A DNA stretch of 32,000 nucleotides, taken from the NCBI GenBank assembly GCA_029268285.1, contig JAJUGG010000003.1:9976-41975 (forward strand). Direction: 5' to 3'. Shown here in pieces: positions 1-6,241 of the stretch (position 1 is the stretch's first letter; every line of letters begins with the position of its first letter). Source of the stretch: Ectothiorhodospiraceae bacterium (GTDB lineage: Bacteria; Pseudomonadota; Gammaproteobacteria; Nitrococcales; AK92). The notes below the pieces were generated by a model. That model saw only the letters and a program-made list of their open reading frames with translations, did no database searches and had not been told where the DNA came from. A program made the position numbers and the translations under genes.

Positions 1-1
1 C

Positions 2-226
2 GCCTTGTTGCTGTTGACGGTACCGCTGGTATTCGGCTCGGTGCGTTCGGCCGGTGCCGGGCAGCGCATCTTCCTTGGCGTGTTGATCGGCATCGTGTTC
101 CTGCTCTTCAACCGGCTGCTCAACCACGCCGGCTTGGTATACGGCTTGCCGCCGGCGTTGAGCGCGCTGCTTCCCAGCATGCTGTTCGGGCTGATTGGCC
201 TATGGGGCGTGGCGCGGGTGAGGTAA
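2..226 (+). CDS. lptG: LPS export ABC permease LptG, C-terminal fragment (5' end lies upstream of the window)
   Basis: The frame is open from the window edge to TAA 224-226. It encodes 73 aa of hydrophobic TM sequence (...GLVYGLPPALSALLPSMLFGLIGLWGV...) that I recognise as the conserved last TM helices of the LptF/LptG (YjgP/YjgQ) permease family. The call is from memory, not from an alignment. Confidence 0.65.
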   Translation, partial: ALLLLTVPLVFGSVRSAGAGQRIFLGVLIGIVFLLFNRLLNHAGLVYGLPPALSALLPSMLFGLIGLWGVARVR

Positions 227-235
227 GCCCAGTGT

Positions 236-312
236 AGAGCCTAGTGCGCCGGGCGGCAGCTAGGCCATGAACGCTCCGCGGCGGCTTGCACAGGCCGCTG
301 GGGTTAGGCTCT
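236..312 (+). repeat. Short copy of a structured inverted-repeat element (arms AGAGCCTA / TAGGCTCT), 9 nt after the lptG stop
   Basis: 236-243 AGAGCCTA pairs with 305-312 TAGGCTCT (8 Watson-Crick pairs), plus G-U pairs at 244/304 and 245/303. The 3' end GGGGTT-AGGCTCT resembles the 3' arm of the 12492-12599 element (GGGGTTgttcgaatAGGCTCT). GAGAGCCT-like 8-mers also occur in coding sequence, so this copy is weak on its own. Confidence 0.3.
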
Positions 313-442
313 CGATCACCCCCCCCCTCCAAGACCGCCGCGCCGCGCAGAAGAAAGCGGGGCGCGGCGCGAGCATGCGCTCGTTCGCCACAGAAGAACT
401 GCGATCCGCATCATCACATTGATAGCGCTGATGCCGAAAGCC

Positions 443-895
443 TTAGCGCCGTTTCGGTTCGTGCAGCAGAACGGTGTCGGAGTAGATATCGTGCCAGGTG
501 CGTTTCTGGCCGTCGAAAAAGGACCATAAAAAGCCGACGCCCAGCACCGCCCAGGAAAGGATGGCAATGAAGAAGCGGGTGCTTGCCGAGAGCAGGCGCG
601 GCGGCGTGCCGTCGTTGCTGCGCACGCGCAGGCGCCAGGCGCGCATGCCGATGGTTTGGCCGCCGCGTATCCAGGACAATACGAAATAAGCATAGGCGGC
701 AATGAATAGGGTGGTTTGGTAGAGCGGGTAGTACCAGTGGCCGCTGCTCAAGGCCTCGCCGCCGGTAACAGGCAGCCACAGCGCAGTGATCAGCATCCAC
801 AACGCCAACAGGATGAGTGCATCGTAAAAGCTGGAAAACAGGCGGCGGAACAAGCCGGCGGGGCGAGCTGCGACGGTGGACTCGGCGGTCTCCAT
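443..895 (-). CDS. RDD-family integral membrane protein
   Basis: 150-aa ORF with ATG at 895 and AAGGA about 13 nt upstream. It has several hydrophobic helices. The N-terminal LFRRLFSSFYDALIL and the motifs GGQTIGMRAWRLRV...KRTWHDIYSDT fit the RDD (Arg-Asp-Asp) domain pattern. Confidence 0.8.
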   Translation of the reverse strand: METAESTVAARPAGLFRRLFSSFYDALILLALWMLITALWLPVTGGEALSSGHWYYPLYQTTLFIAAYAYFVLSWIRGGQTIGMRAWRLRVRSNDGTPPRLLSASTRFFIAILSWAVLGVGFLWSFFDGQKRTWHDIYSDTVLLHEPKRR

Positions 896-951
896 CGAAG
901 GCGGAAATCCTTTGGTCGAGAACTTGCGCGCTAAAGCGGCATCAAACAGGA

Positions 952-1027
952 TGGCGCTCCCACGGGGAATCGAACCCCGGTTTCCGCCTTGAGAGGGCGG
1001 CGTCCTGGACCGCTAGACGATGGGAGC
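952..1027 (-). tRNA. tRNA-Glu (anticodon CUC)
   Basis: The reverse complement reads GCTCCCA TC GTC TAGCGGTCCAG GAC G CCGCC CTCTCAA GGCGG AAAC CGGGG TTCGATT CCCCG TGGGAGC G CCA. This is a full 76-nt cloverleaf with encoded CCA. Its layout matches E. coli tRNA-Glu, but the anticodon loop is CT-CTC-AA. Confidence 0.9.
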
Positions 1028-1091
1028 GTGCAGGATCTATTGTTGCCGTTTTGCGCAAAGGCGATCTCTGCAATGCGCGTCAGGCGGTGCT

Positions 1092-1119
1092 ATTATACGC
1101 ACTCTTTTCTTATGCTCAA
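1092..1119 (-). promoter_or_regulatory. Putative sigma70 promoter for tRNA-Glu (and possibly the downstream RDD gene)
   Basis: On the - strand: TTGAGC (1119-1114), a 16-nt spacer, then a perfect TATAAT (1097-1092). A GC-rich discriminator (agcaccgcc) follows, as is typical of stable-RNA promoters. The -10 element lies about 60 nt upstream of the tRNA 5' end. Confidence 0.45.
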
Positions 1120-1128
1120 GTACTCATA

Positions 1129-2448
1129 GTGACGGACCAGCAAATACACCTTCCAGAACCGATCATCATCCCCCGTTCGGAGCACCGAATCTCGCGGGCG
1201 AATATCAGTGACAACGCTCTTAAGGTTTTATACCGGCTAAAGAACGCCGGCTACGAGGCCTACCTGGTCGGTGGAGGTGTGCGTGATCTATCCTTGGGGC
1301 GGGAGCCCAAGGATTTCGACGTGGCGACCGACGCACGTCCGGAGGACGTCAAGAACCTCTTTCGCAACTGTCGGTTGATCGGTCGCCGCTTTCGCCTCGC
1401 GCACGTCCATTTCGGGCCCGAGATCATCGAGGTGGCCACCTTCCGCGCTCTGCATGACGGCGGGGACGAGGGCGAGGAGCGCGTGATCGAGGACGGACGT
1501 ATTCTGCGCGACAACGTCTACGGTACCCTGGCCGAAGACGCCATGCGCCGCGATTTCACTATCAACGCCCTGTACTACAACATCGCGGACTTCTCCGTGG
1601 TGGACCATGCCGGCGGCATGGCCGATCTCGAGTCCGGCGAAATTCGTCTCATCGGCGACCCGCAAGTGCGCTTTCGCGAAGATCCGGTGCGCATGCTGCG
1701 CGCGGTGCGCTTCGCCGCCAAACTCGGGTTTCGCATCCACCCCGATACTGCGGATCCGATTCCGGAGATGGCCGAGTTGCTCGAGCATATTCCGGCTGCG
1801 CGGCTTTTCGATGAAATCCTCAAGTTGCTCATGGCCGGCGCCGGGGTGGAGACCTTCGAGCTGTTGCGTCACTACGGCCTGTTTGCACCCCTGTTCCCGC
1901 AGACCGAAGAAAGCCTACGCAATGAGCAGGACAGTACCAGCGGCATGTTCATCGCGCAGGCGTTGAAGAACACCGATGAGCGTATCGCCGAGGGCAAGCC
2001 CGTTACGCCGGCTTTCTTGTTCGCGGCCTTGTTATGGCCGGCGCTGCAGCAACGTCTGCGAGTGATGATGGAAGAGGGGCTGAGCGAGCCGCAAGCCTAT
2101 CAGGAGGCATCCCGCGAAGTGCTGGCCGAGCAGGTTCAGACCGTGGCCATTCCCAAGCGCTTCAGTATGCCTATGCGGGAAATCTGGACCTTGCAGCAGC
2201 GCTTCGAGCGCCGCAATGGGCGGCGCGCTCTGCGCATGGTCTCGCATCCGCGCTTCCGTGCCGCCTATGATTTTCTCCTCCTGCGTGCCCAAGTAGGCGA
2301 CGCTCCGGCCGACCTGGCCGAGTGGTGGCGTGAATTTTATGAGGGCTCGGAGGCGCAGCGTCAGCATATGGTGGATGACTCGTCGCCGCGGCGTCGCCGG
2401 CGCCGGCGCCGCCGGCGCAGCCCGAAGGCCAGCGAAAGCAGTGACTAA
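1129..2448 (+). CDS. pcnB: Poly(A) polymerase I (PcnB)
   Basis: Nucleotidyltransferase head motif YLVGGGVRDLSLGREPKDFDVAT, followed by NCRLIGRRFRLAHVHFGPEIIEVATFR and RRDFTINALYY, as in E. coli PcnB. The pcnB-folK adjacency is conserved. The track ORF (817..) reads through the tRNA-Glu gene, so the real start must lie after 1027. No in-frame ATG exists there. GTG 1129 is my best guess and the start is uncertain. Confidence 0.85.
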   Translation: MTDQQIHLPEPIIIPRSEHRISRANISDNALKVLYRLKNAGYEAYLVGGGVRDLSLGREPKDFDVATDARPEDVKNLFRNCRLIGRRFRLAHVHFGPEIIEVATFRALHDGGDEGEERVIEDGRILRDNVYGTLAEDAMRRDFTINALYYNIADFSVVDHAGGMADLESGEIRLIGDPQVRFREDPVRMLRAVRFAAKLGFRIHPDTADPIPEMAELLEHIPAARLFDEILKLLMAGAGVETFELLRHYGLFAPLFPQTEESLRNEQDSTSGMFIAQALKNTDERIAEGKPVTPAFLFAALLWPALQQRLRVMMEEGLSEPQAYQEASREVLAEQVQTVAIPKRFSMPMREIWTLQQRFERRNGRRALRMVSHPRFRAAYDFLLLRAQVGDAPADLAEWWREFYEGSEAQRQHMVDDSSPRRRRRRRRRRSPKASESSD

Positions 2449-2941
2449 GCCCGTAGTCGTCGCTGTCGGCATCGGCAGCAACCTCGGGGAGCCGCTCGCG
2501 CAGGTGCGCATGGCGATCAGCGAACTCGCCAGTATCGAGGGCGTTACCTTGCGTGCGGTTTCCAGCCTGTATCGCAGCGCGCCGCTGGGCCCGCAGGACC
2601 AGCCTCATTATATAAATGCCGTGGCTTTGCTGGACTGTGTTCTCGAGCCGTTGGCGCTGCTGGATGCGCTGCAAGCCATCGAGAATGACCACGGGCGCGT
2701 GCGCCGGCAGCGCTGGGGCGCGCGGACCCTGGACTTGGACATTCTTCTCTGGGGGGAGGCTGTTCTGGACCTGCCCCGTCTTACGGTGCCGCATCCTGGG
2801 GTCCCCGAGCGCGCGTTTGTCTTGTATCCTCTGGCGGAACTCGATCCCGAGCTGGCCGTGCCCGGCCGAGGTCGGGTCGCCGAGCTCGTCGCTGCCTGCC
2901 CGGCGGACGACCTCAGCATCGTAGAGCCGCCACCACATTAA
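2441..2941 (+). CDS. folK: 2-amino-4-hydroxy-6-hydroxymethyldihydropteridine diphosphokinase (HPPK, FolK)
   Basis: VAVGIGSNLGEP..., PHYINAVALL, ENDHGRVRRQRWGARTLDLDILL and VPHPGVPERAFVLYPL are classic HPPK motifs. GTG 2441 overlaps the pcnB stop (GTGACTAA). Confidence 0.9.
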   Translation: MTKPVVVAVGIGSNLGEPLAQVRMAISELASIEGVTLRAVSSLYRSAPLGPQDQPHYINAVALLDCVLEPLALLDALQAIENDHGRVRRQRWGARTLDLDILLWGEAVLDLPRLTVPHPGVPERAFVLYPLAELDPELAVPGRGRVAELVAACPADDLSIVEPPPH

Positions 2942-2951
2942 TTAAAAGAAT

Positions 2952-3596
2952 ATGCGCGAACTAAGGCACATTGTCGTCGAAGGTCCGATAGGCGTCGGCA
3001 AGACCACGTTGGCGCGCCGGCTGGCCGAGAGCCTCGGTGCGGATCTGATGCTGGAACGCGCGGATGAGAACCCATTTCTCGAGCGCTTTTATCAGGATCC
3101 ACGCGGCGCCGCGTTTCCGACTCAACTGTACTTTCTCATGCAGCGCGCAGAGCAGATGCGGGCGCTGCGCCAGTCCGATCTGTTTCAACCGCGCTGGGTT
3201 GCGGATTTCCTGTTCGACAAGGATCGCGTATTCGCCGAGCTGAATCTGGACGAGCAGGAACTGTCGCTCTACGACAAGGTGTATCGCGAGCTGGCGCTAG
3301 AGGCGCCGACGCCGGATCTGGTTATTTACCTTCAGGCGCCGGTGGATGTGCTGCTTCGGCGTATTGCCCAGCGCGGGTTGCCGTACGAGCAGGGCATCTC
3401 GGCGGACTACCTAAACCGCCTCTGTGAGGCGTATATTCAGCTTTTTTATCACTACGACCGTTCCCCGCTCTTGATCGTCAATTGCCGGGAGATCAACCTG
3501 GTGGACAGTGATCGGGATTACGAAATGCTGCTCGATCGCGTACGCTCCATCGGGAGCGGGCGGCACTACTTCAATCCCGCTCCGCTCGGTCTTTAG
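2952..3596 (+). CDS. Deoxynucleoside kinase-family (dNK/dCK-dGK-like) P-loop kinase
   Basis: 214 aa. It has an N-terminal P-loop VEGPIGVGKTTLA, then ENPFLERFYQDP, DFLFDKDRVFA and a LID-like LLRRIAQRG, which is the motif order of deoxynucleoside kinases. The substrate cannot be inferred from sequence alone. Confidence 0.7.
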   Translation: MRELRHIVVEGPIGVGKTTLARRLAESLGADLMLERADENPFLERFYQDPRGAAFPTQLYFLMQRAEQMRALRQSDLFQPRWVADFLFDKDRVFAELNLDEQELSLYDKVYRELALEAPTPDLVIYLQAPVDVLLRRIAQRGLPYEQGISADYLNRLCEAYIQLFYHYDRSPLLIVNCREINLVDSDRDYEMLLDRVRSIGSGRHYFNPAPLGL

Positions 3597-3597
3597 A

Positions 3598-3669
3598 GAG
3601 CGTTCGAGTCATCCGGGCTCAAACCGCTTCCCTGTTGTCGCGGTAGGACGAGGTCAATCGGATAGGCTC
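3598..3669 (+). repeat. Degenerate copy of the structured inverted-repeat element, starting 2 nt after the dNK-like gene stop (TAG 3594-3596)
   Basis: The 3' arm at 3658-3669 (TCGGATAGGCTC) is the exact reverse complement of GAGCCTATCCGA at 12493-12504 (12/12). The 5' arm GAGC-g-TTCGA (3598-3607) pairs imperfectly: 4 bp, an internal loop, then 5 bp including one G-U. Confidence 0.35.
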
Positions 3670-3720
3670 CTGGGCCTTTCGGCCGAACGTATTGTGTCCC
3701 AAGCGTTGTAAGGATCTGCC

Positions 3721-4551
3721 ATGTACGGTTCCAAGCCGCAGGCGCAGCCGCCCAAGCCCGTTACGGTATCCCGGCTGCGCAAGATGAAACAGGAAGGCGA
3801 ACGTATTGCTTGCCTCACCGCGTACGACTACAGCTTCGCGGCATTGCTGGAGAATGCCGGCGTCGATGTCATGTTGATCGGCGATTCGCTAGGGATGGTG
3901 ATGCAGGGGCGGGAGACGACGTTGCCGGTGACGGTAGACGAGATCGTCTATCACACCCGCTGTGTCGCGGCAGCGCGTAAGCGCGCGTTAGTGATGGCTG
4001 ATATGCCTTTTCTCAGTTACATCGATGAGCGGGAAGCGCTGCTCAACGCAGGCCGCCTTATGCAAGAAGGCGGGGCTCACATGGTCAAGCTGGAAGGCAC
4101 CGGCGACCAAGCTCACATCATCGAGAGCCTGAGTCGCGCCGGCATTCCGGTCTGTGCTCATCTCGGGCTGCGTCCGCAGTACGTCCACAAGCTCGGCGGC
4201 TATTTGGTGCAGGGGCGGGAGGAGGCCGCTGCGCAGGCCATGGTCGATGATGCCAAGGCGTTGGAGGCGGCCGGCGCCGACCTCATGCTGCTCGAGTGCG
4301 TGCCGGCCGGGTTGGGGGAGCGCATCACTCGCGAGTTGGAGATCCCAGTCATCGGTATCGGTGCAGGGGCCGGCTGCGACGGGCAGATGCTGGTGCTGCA
4401 GGACATGCTGGGCATCACCCCCGGGAAAACGCCGAAGTTCACGCGCAATTTCATGACGGAAGGCCGAGGCAGCATCCGCGATGCGGTATCCGCTTATGTC
4501 GAAGAGGTCAAAGCCGGTACTTTCCCAGCGACGGAGCATTGTTTCCTGTGA
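3721..4551 (+). CDS. panB: 3-methyl-2-oxobutanoate hydroxymethyltransferase (PanB)
   Basis: 276 aa with LTAYDYSFAALLENAGVDVMLIGDSLGMVMQG and VKLEG motifs. It sits in a panB-panC-panD cluster. Confidence 0.95.
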   Translation: MYGSKPQAQPPKPVTVSRLRKMKQEGERIACLTAYDYSFAALLENAGVDVMLIGDSLGMVMQGRETTLPVTVDEIVYHTRCVAAARKRALVMADMPFLSYIDEREALLNAGRLMQEGGAHMVKLEGTGDQAHIIESLSRAGIPVCAHLGLRPQYVHKLGGYLVQGREEAAAQAMVDDAKALEAAGADLMLLECVPAGLGERITRELEIPVIGIGAGAGCDGQMLVLQDMLGITPGKTPKFTRNFMTEGRGSIRDAVSAYVEEVKAGTFPATEHCFL

Positions 4552-5408
4552 CGCAAGTAATCGATACCGTAGTAGCGCTGCGCGAGCAGGTTCGGGCATG
4601 GCGTTCTGCCGGCGAACTTGTAGGGCTGGTGCCGACCATGGGGAATTTGCATCGCGGCCACCTGAGCTTGGTCGAGGCGCTACAATCCCGCGTGCAGCGC
4701 GTAGTCGTCAGCGTGTTCGTCAACCCTACGCAGTTCGGGCCGGGCGAAGACTTCGACGCCTACCCGCGCACCCTGGAGGCCGATCGCGAGGCCCTGGCAT
4801 CGAAAGGGGTCGATGTGGTGTTCGCACCGCCGGTGCGTGAAATTTATCCCGATGGCCCGGAACTTCGTACCCGGGTTGATGTTCCAACGCTTTCGGATAT
4901 GCTATGCGGCGCTTCGCGGCCAGGACACTTCACCGGCGTGGCGACCGTGGTTTCGAAGCTGTTCAATATTGCGCAGCCCGATGTCGCTGCCTTCGGCAAG
5001 AAGGATTACCAGCAGCTCCTGGTGATTCGGCAAATGGTGCGAGACCTCCATTTCCCGCTTGAGCTGCTGCCGGTGGATACCTCGCGCGAGCCCGATGGGC
5101 TGGCGTTGAGTTCGCGGAACGCGTATCTCAGCGCCGAGGAGCGCACCCAGGCGCCGCTGTTGGCGCAGACGCTGCAGGGCGCGGTCAAGCGTCTGCAGTC
5201 CGGTGAGGCGGCGGCCCGCGTCGAGGCTTGGGGTCGCGAAACGCTGAACGCCGGCGGTTTTGAAACGGATTATTTCAGCGTGCGGCGACAGGCCGACCTG
5301 AAAGAACCACAGCACGGCGACAGGGAGTTGGTGGTGTTGGCTGCAGCCCGACTGGGTCGGGCGCGATTGATCGATAATGTGGAGTGTGCATTGAATCGCC
5401 CGCTTTGA
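4548..5408 (+). CDS. panC: Pantoate--beta-alanine ligase (PanC)
   Basis: VPTMGNLHRGHLSLV (HIGH-type motif), FVNPTQFGP and FGKKDYQQL. GTG 4548 overlaps the panB stop (GTGA). The longer track ORF from 4296 is an in-frame upstream extension inside panB. Confidence 0.95.
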   Translation: MTQVIDTVVALREQVRAWRSAGELVGLVPTMGNLHRGHLSLVEALQSRVQRVVVSVFVNPTQFGPGEDFDAYPRTLEADREALASKGVDVVFAPPVREIYPDGPELRTRVDVPTLSDMLCGASRPGHFTGVATVVSKLFNIAQPDVAAFGKKDYQQLLVIRQMVRDLHFPLELLPVDTSREPDGLALSSRNAYLSAEERTQAPLLAQTLQGAVKRLQSGEAAARVEAWGRETLNAGGFETDYFSVRRQADLKEPQHGDRELVVLAAARLGRARLIDNVECALNRPL

Positions 5409-5504
5409 CAGGCAATAATGTGCTGCTTTGCAGTATACGGACCGGTTAGGGGATGGAGATGCTCCTGCCCAGTCGTGGTGAACCAAGCTAACGGTAATTC
5501 GCTT

Positions 5505-5885
5505 ATGCACGTGACGATGCTGAAATGCAAGCTGCACCAGGCGCGGGTGACGCATACGGAGCTCGATTACGAGGGTTCGTGCGCGATCGATAGCGACCTC
5601 TTGGATGCTGCGGGCATACACGAGTACGAGCAGATCCATATCTACAATATCGCCAATGGTGAGCGCTTTACGACGTACGCGATTCGAGGAGAGGCGGGGT
5701 CCCGCATGATCTCGATGAACGGCGCCGCAGCGCACAAGGTCAACCATGGCGATCGGATTATCATCTGCGCCTACAGCCAAGTGCCGCAGGAAGAAGTCGC
5801 GGACCATCACCCGACTTTGGTCTACTGTGACGAGAACAACGACATCACCCATCGGCGGACCGCCGTACCTTTGCAGGTCGCGTGA
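5505..5885 (+). CDS. panD: Aspartate 1-decarboxylase (PanD)
   Basis: [29 protein letters not shown] parallels E. coli PanD ([29 protein letters not shown]) and includes the G-S self-cleavage site. The start is ATG 5505. Confidence 0.95.
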   Translation: MHVTMLKCKLHQARVTHTELDYEGSCAIDSDLLDAAGIHEYEQIHIYNIANGERFTTYAIRGEAGSRMISMNGAAAHKVNHGDRIIICAYSQVPQEEVADHHPTLVYCDENNDITHRRTAVPLQVA

Positions 5886-5890
5886 TGCTA

Positions 5891-5932
5891 AGCGGCGTCG
5901 CCTCTTTCGAGGGGCGACGCCGCTTTTCGTTT
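5891..5932 (+). terminator. Rho-independent terminator of the pan operon
   Basis: 14-pair stem (5891-5904 with 5911-5924, one G-U) and loop TTTCGA, followed by TTTcgTTT. Confidence 0.75.
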
Positions 5933-6241
5933 GCGGGGTCTGAAGTCTCCTTTCGGCTCGCATTTTTACCCCCATTATTTGCTAGTACTGTGGCCGGCGC
6001 GCATTAAGCCGCGGGTTGGGCTGGTTGTTCGGCAAGGCCGAACGTTGCTGCTGTAGAGCGCTCCGCCCTGTCTGGCTCCCAAAGTCTTGTTTGTCGTCAT
6101 TGACGGCATTCGCGCCGTCTCTCCCGCACGGGCATGCGCTCGGTTCGGCGGGTGGGGTATCTTATTCGCATACTGGCCACCGGCCGCGCGATTGCGCATG
6201 GCCGCCTGTCGCAGACTACGGACGGAGTGTGAAAAGCAATA

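Noticed and set aside
817-1128. N-terminal extension of the pcnB track ORF (start at 817).
   Set aside because: It reads straight through the tRNA-Glu gene (952-1027, opposite strand) and the start of the RDD gene. The PcnB-like sequence begins only after about 1130.
4902-5975. 357-aa ORF on the - strand, antisense to panC and panD.
   Set aside because: This is a shadow ORF typical of high-GC DNA. It is Arg/Ala/Leu/Pro-rich with no motifs, and it fully overlaps two genes that have unambiguous homology on the + strand.
6016-6045. GGTTGTTCGGCAAGGCCGAAC, which partly resembles the 3' arm (GGGGTTGTTCGAATAGGCTCT) of the 12492-12599 element.
   Set aside because: Only a 9-mer (GGTTGTTCG) is shared before the similarity decays. 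No matching 5' arm lies upstream. It is indistinguishable from chance at this window size.
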